Assembly (NCBI GenBank): GCA_905234535.1
Contig: CAJOII010000001.1
Span: 5,148 to 69,147 of the forward strand
Length of the DNA: 64,000 nucleotides
Origin: an uncultured Ruminococcus sp.
GTDB lineage: Bacteria > Bacillota > Clostridia > Oscillospirales > Acutalibacteraceae
Reading direction: 5' to 3'
The translations under genes were made by a program, and so were the position numbers. The notes under the pieces were generated by a model. That model did not search any database. It was not told where the DNA came from and saw nothing but the letters and a program-made list of their open reading frames with translations. This document shows, in pieces, positions 40,729 to 50,374 of this stretch (the first letter of the stretch is position 1; each line of letters opens with the position of its first letter).

Positions 40729-41505
40729 TTAAAGGATCGCCTGAAGATCATGAAGAATCAGCGTCAGGTCATCCCTGACGCGATCAGGAGAAGCGCTGAG
40801 GTCATGAAGAAGCGATGTGACATTCTCTTCGAGTTGATCGGGCAGGATCGCGCAGTTTCTGACGGCATACTCGATCATCCGCTTCTCGCCCGGGTGGGTC
40901 AGGCGGTTGACCGCGAAGATCAGATCAAAGTAAGTCTCCAAAAACGCGGCGGCGCGGTGGTTGACGGAAACAAGGTCTCCCCTCTCTGATGCTTTGATGA
41001 TCTGGCGGTCATAGGACGGAAGATGCCCTGAGAGCAGCTTCAGGTGATTCTCGATGATATTCTGACGAAGCGCCTCGGGATACGGCACATCAAAGCGCTC
41101 TTTCAGCGCGGAGAGCGCCCCGTCGCGGTCGTAGAGGATCTTGGAATGGAGCAGATTGTGCCACATACAGGTGGTGTAGGCGTTATAGGTATGACACTGT
41201 TCCACGACATCGATGAGCCCCCGCTCAAAGTCCTCAAGAGAGCGGTAGAGGATGTCGATATCCACGCCGTCTTTGAAGGTGCAGTCGTCCTCAAGCTCCC
41301 AGAAACGGTTAGAGATCTCCATATAGGTGCAGTGCCGCTCGAGGATGCTTCGCCTGGTTTTTTCGTCAGGGACACGGTCGCAGTAGAGATAGAGGTCGTA
41401 GTCCGACTTCTCGTCGAAGGATCCTCCGGCGCGGGATCCGCCCAGCGCGATCGCGCGGATCTCAGGAAGTGCGGAGAAATCTTTCACTAAATTTTCAAAA
41501 TACAT
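40729..41505 (-). CDS. Nucleotidyltransferase-domain protein (MNT fold plus DUF4037-like helical C-terminus)
   Basis: 258 aa; GGSRAGG...SDYDLYLY NTase signature. Confidence 0.7.
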   Translation of the reverse strand: MYFENLVKDFSALPEIRAIALGGSRAGGSFDEKSDYDLYLYCDRVPDEKTRRSILERHCTYMEISNRFWELEDDCTFKDGVDIDILYRSLEDFERGLIDVVEQCHTYNAYTTCMWHNLLHSKILYDRDGALSALKERFDVPYPEALRQNIIENHLKLLSGHLPSYDRQIIKASERGDLVSVNHRAAAFLETYFDLIFAVNRLTHPGEKRMIEYAVRNCAILPDQLEENVTSLLHDLSASPDRVRDDLTLILHDLQAIL

Positions 41506-41835
41506 ATGATCACCTTCCGTAATATTACAGTTGTCAGTTCTCAGTTTTCAGCTGTAGGGCAAGGCGCCCTACAATTCTATGCTACGCCCTATTGATCAGG
41601 TGAGGGCAGAGCCCTCCTACCGTTCTTAGCTCTTATTTCTTAATTCTTAGCTCAAAAATCAGGTGAGGACGAAGTCCTCCAACAATTCCTATCTCCTCAT
41701 TCCTAATTCCTCGTTAGTGCAACTTTTCAGTCCCCTGCTGCGGCAAGTCGTGGCGCCTTGCCCTACATTTTATTATTCGGGTGCGGGTGTCCCGCCCACA
41801 ACTCTTCACTCTTCCCTCTTACCTCTTCACTAAAA
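41506..41835. repeat. Composite mosaic repeat (Q-P-F-D-F-G-inverted P-F'-D)
   Basis: Three GGTGAGG..CCTCC-type hairpin modules, two heptamer arrays, split P arms; last module overlaps stop codon of the amylase gene. Confidence 0.85.
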
Positions 41836-43114
41836 GAACGATCGGCTCACCATGTGACTGCACCCCGCATCGGAAAACTTCTGTCTCTTCTCCGGTGAGG
41901 ATATTCTCATAGAAGCCGTCGGGAAGGTCAACTTCAACAAGGCCGGACTCTCCTTTGAGCGAGAAGACGCCGACCGCCTTTCTCTCCCCTTTTTGATGAG
42001 AAGCGACGATGAAGCTCTCACCCGCTGCGCGCACATTGTAGACGCTGTCGGTAAAAAGCGGATCCTTCTTCATGCTATAGAGGCGCTTCATCTGAGCGCT
42101 CAGGTCGATCCGCTTGATAAAATCCACGGTATCCTTGTCGAAGAGGCTCGGCAGATGAGCGGCGCCATACTCCTGACCCGCGTAGATGAGGGTCAGCCCC
42201 TTCTGAAAATAGAGAAACGCCGTCCAGTTTCGAAGGGTCCTCTCGTCGGGAATCAAAAATGCCGCGCGGGTCTGGTCGTGATTCTCTAAGAATCGCAGCT
42301 TGACAAAGTTGTCGGGATAGATATACTCCTGGCGCATCATCGCATCCGCATAGCGGGAGAGACTGCCTTTTGACGACAGATAATCCTTGAACTCGCGGTA
42401 GATATCGTAGTCGTAGCAGATATCGAAAGCATTATAGATCTCGCTGTCGGAGAGCGCGGTCATCCCCTGCGATCTCAGATAGCGGATGAACTCCGGCTCA
42501 ACGGACTCAGAGAGCCAGATCGCGCCTTTTCTTACAGTCTCTACCTCTTTACGCGCTTTGAGCCAGAACTCGAGCGGGATCAGGGGCGCAACATCACAGC
42601 GAAAGCCGTCGACGATCTCAGCCCACATCTTAAGGGTCTCGATCTGATAGCTCCATAATTCTTTATTGGAATAATCAAGGTCGATGATATCGCTCCAGTC
42701 ACCCACGCGGTTGCCGAAGCTCCCGTCTTCTTTATGATAGAACCAATCGGGGTGCTCCTTTGAGAGAACAGAGTCGGGAGAGGTGTGGTTATAGACGACA
42801 TCAATGATGCACTTCATCTGATGCCTGTGGATATCGTCGACGAGCGCCTTGAAGTCGTCTAAGGTGCCGAACTCGGGGTTGACCGCCCTGTAGTCCGATA
42901 TCGCGTAAGGCGAGCCGAGGCTGCCCTTGCGCTTTACTTTTCCGACAGGGTGGATCGGCATCAGCCAGATGATATCGACGCCGAGGTCTTTGATCTCTGA
43001 AAGGCGCTCCCTGACAGCGGAGAAGGTACCCTCTTCTGAGAAATTTCTGACAAATATCTGATACATCACTTGGTTTCTCAATGTCTTATCGGTAGATCGT
43101 GCCATCGTCATCAC
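41819..43114 (-). CDS. GH13 alpha-amylase-family glycoside hydrolase (intracellular, no signal peptide)
   Basis: 431 aa; GH13 regions DVVYNHTS, GFRCDVA, FLENHD. Confidence 0.85.
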   Translation of the reverse strand: MMTMARSTDKTLRNQVMYQIFVRNFSEEGTFSAVRERLSEIKDLGVDIIWLMPIHPVGKVKRKGSLGSPYAISDYRAVNPEFGTLDDFKALVDDIHRHQMKCIIDVVYNHTSPDSVLSKEHPDWFYHKEDGSFGNRVGDWSDIIDLDYSNKELWSYQIETLKMWAEIVDGFRCDVAPLIPLEFWLKARKEVETVRKGAIWLSESVEPEFIRYLRSQGMTALSDSEIYNAFDICYDYDIYREFKDYLSSKGSLSRYADAMMRQEYIYPDNFVKLRFLENHDQTRAAFLIPDERTLRNWTAFLYFQKGLTLIYAGQEYGAAHLPSLFDKDTVDFIKRIDLSAQMKRLYSMKKDPLFTDSVYNVRAAGESFIVASHQKGERKAVGVFSLKGESGLVEVDLPDGFYENILTGEETEVFRCGVQSHGEPIVLLVKR

Positions 43115-43261
43115 TCCCTGAAAATAATGATCATATTGTACACTTTCCGAACGATTTTGTAAAGAAAAACGAGAAGATTTTTTCCCTTTTTGACATCACG
43201 CAATATCATTTTTCTTTTGTGGAAATTGAATAAATATTTTTATAATTTTTCGGAAATTTTG

Positions 43262-43290
43262 TTGACAAAGAAATCCCGATTCATTATAAT
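43262..43290 (+). promoter_or_regulatory. Consensus sigma-A promoter of the sugar ABC operon
   Basis: TTGACA - 17 nt - TATAAT, ~140 nt upstream of the SBP start. Confidence 0.65.
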
Positions 43291-43431
43291 GAGGCTGTAA
43301 GATTTTTCCTCGGTTTTCTCAGGTTTCATGCGACTTTTTGCTATTATTTTAAAGTGTTAAAGCGACAGTAAAGCATGAGAAAACGAAGGAGAAGCCGAAC
43401 GAATCATTTTCTTTAAAAAGGAGAAGAAACC

Positions 43432-44757
43432 ATGAAAGCAAAAAGAATTTTGGCAATCGTACTCGCTCTTGCTCTGGTACTGGCTCTTGCTGCCTGCTCT
43501 TCAACAGGCTCAGGCTCCGATACCGACAAAAAAGACGACGGCGGCTCAACCGCTGCGGGCGGCTCCGTCTACTGGCTCAACTTCAAACCCGAGCTGGATG
43601 AAACCTTACAGAGCTTAGCTGCGAAGTACACCGAGGAAAAGGGCGTCGATGTCAAGGTCGTCACCGCTGCATCCGGCACCTACAGCCAGACACTGACCTC
43701 CGAGATGGATAAGTCTAACCCCCCCACACTGTTCGTTATCGGTAACCAGCAGGGTGTCAAGGACTGGAAAGACTACGCGATCGATCTCAAGGACACCGCT
43801 ATTGCGAACGAGCTCAACACCGACGCTTACAACCTCTATGACGACACAGGCAAGTTAGTCTCCATCGGCTACTGCTATGAGTGCTACGGCATCATCGCAA
43901 ACCCCGACCTCATCGAGAAGGCCGGTCACACCATGGACGAGATCAAGGATTTCGCGGGCTTAAAGGCTGTTGCTGAGGATATCCACGCTCGCGCTGCGGA
44001 ACTCGGCTTTGACGCGTTCTCCTCTTCCGATATGGACGACTCCTCTTCCTGGAGATTTACAGGTCACATGGCAAACCTCGAGTACTTCTATGAGGAAAGA
44101 GACGCAGGCGGCTGGACCGAGTGTCCTCCCTCTCTGACCGGTAAGTACATGGAAAACTTCAAGAATCTCTATGATCTGTGCATCAACAACTCCCTGACCG
44201 ATCCTAAGGATCTCGCTACCGGCGGCCACGACGCTGAGAACGAGTTCAAGACCGGCAAGGCTGCGTTCTTTGTCAACGGTTCTTGGGAATATGCTGCGGT
44301 ATCCGCGGATGTTCCGAACGCTACCATGATCCCCTACTACTGCGGTGTTGACGGCGAAGAGAAGGCCGGCCTCAACTGCGGTACCGAGAACTGCTGGGCT
44401 GTCAACGCGAAGGTAAGTGAAGCTGATCAGCAGGCTACCATCGACTTCATGGTATGGCTCGTGACCGATGCTGACGCTTCTGCCGCTATGGTAGAGCAGC
44501 TCGGTATCATGCCTTACAAGGGCGCTGTCGAGTCCACCAACGGCTTCTTGAACGACGCTGCGAAGTACACCGCTGACGGCTGCTATGTCATGGATTGGGC
44601 TACTAACTATCAGCCGAATGTTGACGAGTACAGAGCCGCTCTGGTCTCCGCTCTCAACGCTTACAACGCTGACCAGTCCGACGCAAACTGGGAGAATGTC
44701 AAGACCGCTTTCGTAGACGGCTGGGCTACTCAGTACGCTGCTGCGAACGCTTCGTAA
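43432..44757 (+). CDS. Sugar ABC transporter substrate-binding lipoprotein (CUT1 family)
   Basis: 441 aa; lipoprotein signal LALAACSS; family-1 SBP pattern; next to GH13 amylase. Confidence 0.9.
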   Translation: MKAKRILAIVLALALVLALAACSSTGSGSDTDKKDDGGSTAAGGSVYWLNFKPELDETLQSLAAKYTEEKGVDVKVVTAASGTYSQTLTSEMDKSNPPTLFVIGNQQGVKDWKDYAIDLKDTAIANELNTDAYNLYDDTGKLVSIGYCYECYGIIANPDLIEKAGHTMDEIKDFAGLKAVAEDIHARAAELGFDAFSSSDMDDSSSWRFTGHMANLEYFYEERDAGGWTECPPSLTGKYMENFKNLYDLCINNSLTDPKDLATGGHDAENEFKTGKAAFFVNGSWEYAAVSADVPNATMIPYYCGVDGEEKAGLNCGTENCWAVNAKVSEADQQATIDFMVWLVTDADASAAMVEQLGIMPYKGAVESTNGFLNDAAKYTADGCYVMDWATNYQPNVDEYRAALVSALNAYNADQSDANWENVKTAFVDGWATQYAAANAS

Positions 44758-44790
44758 TCATCCTGATTACAAGTAACTTTTGAATCACGC

Positions 44791-44830
44791 ACGGGGCGGG
44801 CATAACGCTCGTCCCGTCTTTCTTTCTCAT
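44791..44830 (+). terminator. Intra-operon hairpin/attenuator after the SBP gene
   Basis: ACGGGGCG...CGTCCCGT hairpin followed by CTTTCTTTCTC. Confidence 0.45.
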
Positions 44831-44907
44831 CCTGTCAGAGGATCTGACATAATCCTACATCCAACGCGGCAGAAGATGATACAATGCCGCAACAGAGGAG
44901 GATCATA

Positions 44908-45948
44908 GTGGATACAAATACAAAAGATATCGAGACGGTCGAGGTCGAAACAAACGAAACCGAAACAGTCGAAACCGAGACAGTCGAAGCCGAAGCGGTC
45001 GATGTCAAACCGAAAAATCTGAAAAAGCCGAAAAAGCTATCTTCTCACGGCGGTGTCTCGAAGAAATCTCTGCGCCGCTGGGGGATCCTGTTCTTAGGCC
45101 CTGTCACCGCCGCCTTCATCATCGGATTTGTGTGGCCGTTCATCCAGGGCATCTATCTCTCGTTCTGCAGTTTTCGAACCACATCGGACGCGCAGCTGCT
45201 CCCTTTCAAGGGTGAGAGCCTGTTCAAGAACTATGAGAAAGCGGTCACCGACCCGAGCTTTCTGCACTCGTTCTGGTACACCGCGCTCTTCGCGGTCGTC
45301 AGCTTGGTGCTGATCAATGTGCTCGCGTTCATGGTCGCCTACGCCCTGACACAGGGCATCAAGGGCTCGAACCTCTTTCGAACGGTATTTTTCATGCCGA
45401 ACCTGATCGGCGGTATCGTCTTAGGCTACATCTGGTCGATGATCTTCGACGGTATCCTCTCCTACTACGGCACCTCGATCCTGATGGAGACGCAGTACGG
45501 ATTCTGGGGCCTGATCATCCTGATGTGCTGGCAGCAGATCGGCTATATGATGATCATTTACATAGCGGGCCTGCAGGCTGTCCCCGAGGATATGCTTGAG
45601 GCCGCGAAGATCGACGGCGCGACCAAGACGCAGACCTTGTTCAGGGTCATCATCCCGAATGTCATGCCCTCGGTGACCATCTGTACCTTCTTAAGTCTGA
45701 CGAACGGCTTTAAGCTGTTTGATCAGAACTTGGCGCTGACCGGCGGTCTGCCGTTTATCATCCAGCCTGACGGCTCGTCCATCAAGACGACCGAGATGCT
45801 GGCGCTGAATATCTACAACACCTTCTACGGCTCGAACGCGGCCGCTCAGGGAACCGCTCAGGCGAAGGCGGTACTGTTCTTCATCCTGGTCGCGGGACTC
45901 GGGCTCCTGCAGCTTGCCTATACGAGAAAGAAGGAGGTGCAGCAGTAA
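44908..45948 (+). CDS. Sugar ABC transporter permease (MalF-like) with acidic repeat N-terminal extension
   Basis: GTG 44908 behind GGAGGA preferred over ATG 44884; EAAKIDGA...P EAA loop; 6 TM. Confidence 0.8.
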   Translation: MDTNTKDIETVEVETNETETVETETVEAEAVDVKPKNLKKPKKLSSHGGVSKKSLRRWGILFLGPVTAAFIIGFVWPFIQGIYLSFCSFRTTSDAQLLPFKGESLFKNYEKAVTDPSFLHSFWYTALFAVVSLVLINVLAFMVAYALTQGIKGSNLFRTVFFMPNLIGGIVLGYIWSMIFDGILSYYGTSILMETQYGFWGLIILMCWQQIGYMMIIYIAGLQAVPEDMLEAAKIDGATKTQTLFRVIIPNVMPSVTICTFLSLTNGFKLFDQNLALTGGLPFIIQPDGSSIKTTEMLALNIYNTFYGSNAAAQGTAQAKAVLFFILVAGLGLLQLAYTRKKEVQQ

Positions 45949-46805
45949 TGAAGCAACAGACTCTCCGTGCTGAGAAAGCGCGCAAGACGGTGATGAGCGT
46001 CGTGCTGTCCGTCATCTGCATCATCTATGTGCTGCCGGTGCTCTCCGTCGTTATCAACTCCTTCAAGCAGAACACCTATGTCAAGACCGACACCTTCGCG
46101 CTGCCGCTGAATGAGATGTGGGCGGGGTTCCAGAACTTCATCAAGGGTATGACCTTCGGTAACTACCCGTTCTACAAGAGCGTGCTGTACACCCTGATCA
46201 TCACGGTGCTCTCCACCGCGCTGATCCTGCTGTTCTGCTCGATGGCGGCGTGGTATATCGCGAGAGTGAACTCTGTGGTGTGCAAGATCATCTACTACTT
46301 GTGCGTATTCTCGATGGTCGTGCCGTTCCAGATGGTTATGTTCACCCTGTCGAAGACCGCTGACACCCTGAAGCTCAACACCCCGTGGACGATCCCGGTG
46401 GTATACTTAGGCTTCGGCGCGGGACTTGCGATATTTATGTTCGTCGGCTTCGCAAAGTCGATCCCGATCGAGATCGAAGAGGCCGCGTCGATCGACGGCT
46501 GCGGGCCTTTAAGGACATACTTCAATGTCGTGTTCCCGATGTTAAAACCGACCATGATCTCGGTCGGAATCTTAGAGATCATGTGGGTATGGAACGACTA
46601 TCTGCTGCCCGTCTTGGTGCTTGACATCAACGAGTACAGAACCATTCCGATCCATATCCAGTACCTCAAGGGCAGCTACGGCACCGTAGACCTCGGCGCG
46701 ACTATGGCGCTGATCCTGCTCTCGATCATCCCGGTGATCATCTTCTACCTGATCTGTCAGAAGTACATCATCAAGGGAGTTGCCGCCGGCGCTGTCAAGG
46801 GATAA
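45948..46805 (+). CDS. Sugar ABC transporter permease (MalG-like)
   Basis: 285 aa; EAASIDGCGP EAA loop; start overlaps upstream stop. Confidence 0.9.
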   Translation: MKQQTLRAEKARKTVMSVVLSVICIIYVLPVLSVVINSFKQNTYVKTDTFALPLNEMWAGFQNFIKGMTFGNYPFYKSVLYTLIITVLSTALILLFCSMAAWYIARVNSVVCKIIYYLCVFSMVVPFQMVMFTLSKTADTLKLNTPWTIPVVYLGFGAGLAIFMFVGFAKSIPIEIEEAASIDGCGPLRTYFNVVFPMLKPTMISVGILEIMWVWNDYLLPVLVLDINEYRTIPIHIQYLKGSYGTVDLGATMALILLSIIPVIIFYLICQKYIIKGVAAGAVKG

Positions 46806-46826
46806 TTTAAAAAATCAGACATCAGA

Positions 46827-46864
46827 AAAGGACGAGGCGTAACGCTTCGTCCTTTTTGTTTTGC
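46827..46864 (+). terminator. Intrinsic terminator after the ABC operon
   Basis: AAAGGACGAGGCG-TAA-CGCTTCGTCCTTT hairpin followed by TTGTTTTG. Confidence 0.75.
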
Positions 46865-46950
46865 CACTCTCATTCGGTTTTCAGTTGTCATCACTGACTA
46901 TAGGGCAAGGCGCCCACCCGCAACATTTCATCTTTCATATTTCACAGAAT
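46865..46950. repeat. Mosaic intergenic repeat (Q-P-E-like)
   Basis: ttttcagttgtcatcactgac, tatagggcaaggcgccc, atttcatctttcatatttcac. Confidence 0.75.
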
Positions 46951-46954
46951 ACAG

Positions 46955-47821
46955 TTACATCGAGCCCTTATACCCGACGCCGTAGGTGTCGGTATAGTAG
47001 TCGACCCGCTTGGAACGATCATAGATCGGCGGGTAGATATTCTCCTTCGGGTCGATGCCCGCAAGACGGCAGACCGCCTCGTGAGAGCGAACGGTGAGGT
47101 CGAGCTTCTGCTCCTTCATCTGAAGATTCCCGTCGGGATAGATCGGCTCGCCGACGGTGAGCGTCAAAGTCGCGATCTGGTGAAAGATCTTTCTCCTGAT
47201 CCACGAGGGCTCTCGGTAAGAGAAGCCGAGAGGCAAGACGGGCTTGTTATACTCGCAGGAGAAGAAGGACGCGCCCTGCTTGAAGGGTCTGATCGGCGCG
47301 TAGTACTCCCACATACTGCCCTCGCTGTAGACATGGAGCCAGCCGCCGCCTTTCAGGAGCTTTTCGACCGCCTTAAGATACGCCATGGTGGAGCGGATGT
47401 TGCCGTCGTCGGGGATCGGGATGCCGCCGGTGAGGCGGATGAGCGTCTTATTCTCCCCGCGCATATTCGGCGCCCATGAGAGAAGATACGGTCTCTTCGG
47501 CTTGATGGCATTCATGATGCAGAGATAATCCCACATATGAATATGGTTCGAGCAGGAGACAACGCCCCGATCGATGACATCTTTGTACTTCTTCAGGTTC
47601 TCTTTGCCCTTGATCCGAAGCCCGAGGCGGATATGGGTCGCCGGAAAGACGATCAGCCTGAGCAATACGCGGATGACCCCCTGCTTGAACAAGAACAAGC
47701 GGGAGGTATCGATATAGGGGTAGTTCTTATCAAAGACAGTGCCGTCGTTCTTCTTGACCTTCAGATAGTGCTGATCGGTGTCGACAGGATAAGGATACTT
47801 GTTTGTTTTGGGATCAAACAT
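46955..47821 (-). CDS. Lysophospholipid/glycerolipid acyltransferase (PlsC-like)
   Basis: Start moved to MFDPKTNKY (ATG 47821), removing overlap with GT4 gene; HX4D motif NHIHMWD. Confidence 0.75.
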   Translation of the reverse strand: MFDPKTNKYPYPVDTDQHYLKVKKNDGTVFDKNYPYIDTSRLFLFKQGVIRVLLRLIVFPATHIRLGLRIKGKENLKKYKDVIDRGVVSCSNHIHMWDYLCIMNAIKPKRPYLLSWAPNMRGENKTLIRLTGGIPIPDDGNIRSTMAYLKAVEKLLKGGGWLHVYSEGSMWEYYAPIRPFKQGASFFSCEYNKPVLPLGFSYREPSWIRRKIFHQIATLTLTVGEPIYPDGNLQMKEQKLDLTVRSHEAVCRLAGIDPKENIYPPIYDRSKRVDYYTDTYGVGYKGSM

Positions 47822-47846
47822 AGCGAAGCCCTCATTTCGGTGATGA

Positions 47847-49052
47847 TCAATTCGACTCGCCGTCCTCATTCTCGGTGTCAGGAACGCTTTCCTCCAGCGG
47901 GAGGGTACCGTTGATGACCTTCTCATAGAGATCAAGCATCCGGTGAGCAAACTCGGTATCGCTGAACTCCTCGGATCTTTTCAGCGAATTCTCGGCGAGC
48001 TGATCTCTCAGGTTCTTGTCGCGGAGAAGTCTGAGGGTCTTCTCGACGAACTCTTCCTTGGTGCTGTAGATGTAGCCGTTATAGCCGTCCTCGAGGACGC
48101 CCTTGAGGCACGGATCATCCCGACAGATCAGCGGCAGTCCGCACATCATCGCTTCAAGATAAGTCAGCGAGTGCATCTCAAAGGTGGACGCGCTGAGGAA
48201 CGCCTTGCCGAGCTTGTAGTACTTATACACCTCGTCGGGATGTACCCTGCCGGCAAAGACCACCTTGCCCTCAAGGTCAAGCTTTCTGACGAGCTTCTCG
48301 AGGTGCTCTTCATCGGGACCGCTGCCGGCGATCAGAAGCCTTGTCTCAGGTTCACGCTCGAGCAGCTCGGGAAAGTACTCGATGATCTCCCTGAGGTTCT
48401 TCTCGGCGCTGATGCGCGAGACGATGATGAGCAGCTTGCTGTCGTCCTTCAGACCATACTTCTGAAGGATTCCCCTCTTCTCCTCATCTGACAGCTCCTT
48501 TAAAAAGCGTTCGGGCTTGATGCCGTTCGGGATGACCTCGATCGGGCTTGAGGGCAGATAACCGCGCAAGAGGTCTCGCGCCTTCTCGGAGGGCACCGTC
48601 ATCACCTGAGAGCCTCTGTAGACGATCATGGAGCCGATCTTCGCCGCCATCTTGACGGGAGGCACAGTGCTCAGATCGTGAAACGCATATTTGGCGTAGT
48701 CGGTGTGCATCGTCATCACGATCGGCGCGTCGGTCGCCTTCGCGATGCTGCGCGCCATATTCGCGATCGAGCCCTCGGTATGCACATGAATGATGTCGGG
48801 CTTCCACTCGATAATCTCGTCAAAGTACGGGTGATGGCGCACCAAACTCTGTCTCGTGTCGGGATACAGAATGAAGTTGAAGGACGAGATATAGTAGTCG
48901 TCTCCGTCCTTGAACGATTCTTTGGTGTCCGACAGAGTCAGAACCTTGACATCGTAGCCCTCGATGCGGTATCGCTCTGCGAGAGCGATGACCACATTGG
49001 AGACGCCGTTGGTCAAAAATTTATAACTGTCTGAAGCAAGAAGTATTTTCAT
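47847..49052 (-). CDS. GT4-family glycosyltransferase
   Basis: Start moved to MKILLASD (ATG 49052, ATGA overlap with upstream stop); E-x7-E region FEMHSLTYLEAMMCGLP. Confidence 0.85.
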   Translation of the reverse strand: MKILLASDSYKFLTNGVSNVVIALAERYRIEGYDVKVLTLSDTKESFKDGDDYYISSFNFILYPDTRQSLVRHHPYFDEIIEWKPDIIHVHTEGSIANMARSIAKATDAPIVMTMHTDYAKYAFHDLSTVPPVKMAAKIGSMIVYRGSQVMTVPSEKARDLLRGYLPSSPIEVIPNGIKPERFLKELSDEEKRGILQKYGLKDDSKLLIIVSRISAEKNLREIIEYFPELLEREPETRLLIAGSGPDEEHLEKLVRKLDLEGKVVFAGRVHPDEVYKYYKLGKAFLSASTFEMHSLTYLEAMMCGLPLICRDDPCLKGVLEDGYNGYIYSTKEEFVEKTLRLLRDKNLRDQLAENSLKRSEEFSDTEFAHRMLDLYEKVINGTLPLEESVPDTENEDGESN

Positions 49053-50083
49053 GGATCTTTCCTCTTTGCACATTCATAGTAAAATTCTTTCCACTGAAGA
49101 TAGGTCGACTCTTCGTTATATTTCGCGGAGACCTCGGCCGATTTAGCCCTGAGCTCCTGCCTGAGATCCGGATCGTTTTTGATCGAGCGGATTCTTGATG
49201 CAAACTCCTCATTCGTATCAGCGTGGAGGAAGTATCCGGTCAGGATATTCCGGTACTCCGGCAGATCTCTTAACAATAGCGGAAGATGAACGCTCGCCGC
49301 CTCTAAGATCGACATCGGGAAGAGCTCCTGATAAGACGGAAAATAGAACAGATCGCTGATATTGAGCAGATCATTGATCTCTTCTCGCGAGACGATCCCG
49401 GGACAAAAAACATTCTCGGGGAGCTCCTCGAGCATCTTCTTTGTCTCGTTATAGCCGTCGGCGAGCTTGCCGAACGAGAAGCCGCCCGCCCAGATAAACT
49501 TGACCTCGGGGACAAGCCGCGCGGTATTGATGAAGTCCTGGATTCCCTTGCCCTGACGCATCTGACCGCAGGCGAACGCAATGAAGTCGTCCTCCCTGTA
49601 GCCGTACTTCTGACGAAGAGCGAGGCGCTCATCAGCGCTCATCGGGTAGAAGCTGTTCTTAGAGACGAAGTTCGGGATATACTTGATCCGCTCGGGAGAG
49701 AAGCCGTATTTCAAGAGCTCTGTCTTTAGGTTCGGGTTGACGACATGAACGAAGTCGGCGCTTTTATACACCCGAATCAGATACCAATCAAAGACCTTCA
49801 GGAATAACCTCGGGAGCCTGATGGAGTTGTCCGCCATATCGGGGGTGAAGTGAACGGAGATCACGCTCGGCTTCTTCGAAAAGCGCAGACTCAGAAAGCT
49901 CGGCGGGTCGATCGTATGCGCGTGGATCACATCACACTCTTTGACCCTGCCGTTGACAGAAAGAGAGAAGTCGTCCTTGCCGTAAGTCTCGAGCAGGCGC
50001 ATCAGCTCAGAATACGCGCTGCCGACCCCCTGCCCTTTGACAGAGGTCGCCTGAGAATACATTCCTAATTTTAGCTTCTGCAT
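49049..50083 (-). CDS. GT4-family glycosyltransferase
   Basis: 344 aa; ELFPMSILEAASVHLP E-x7-E motif. Confidence 0.85.
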   Translation of the reverse strand: MQKLKLGMYSQATSVKGQGVGSAYSELMRLLETYGKDDFSLSVNGRVKECDVIHAHTIDPPSFLSLRFSKKPSVISVHFTPDMADNSIRLPRLFLKVFDWYLIRVYKSADFVHVVNPNLKTELLKYGFSPERIKYIPNFVSKNSFYPMSADERLALRQKYGYREDDFIAFACGQMRQGKGIQDFINTARLVPEVKFIWAGGFSFGKLADGYNETKKMLEELPENVFCPGIVSREEINDLLNISDLFYFPSYQELFPMSILEAASVHLPLLLRDLPEYRNILTGYFLHADTNEEFASRIRSIKNDPDLRQELRAKSAEVSAKYNEESTYLQWKEFYYECAKRKDP

Positions 50084-50374
50084 AATTTCACCGTCTTTTG
50101 ACCGATGGAGTGTCTTTTGAATATAATTCTATACAAGAATATTATCTTTTCCCGATCAAGCGGCAGCAAAACCGTCCGATCGACAATATGATTATACCAC
50201 ATTCATCATATTTCGCAAGTGGTAGTATTATATTATACCAGAGACCGACATGGATTTCAATACCGCCGAAGAAGTAGGCAAAAGCATCCTCAAAACGCCA
50301 CCCCTCGTGATCAGCAAAACATCGCTGAAAACGGCTGTTTCAGCGATGTTGAAAGATTCTTTCTGTTTGAGCGG

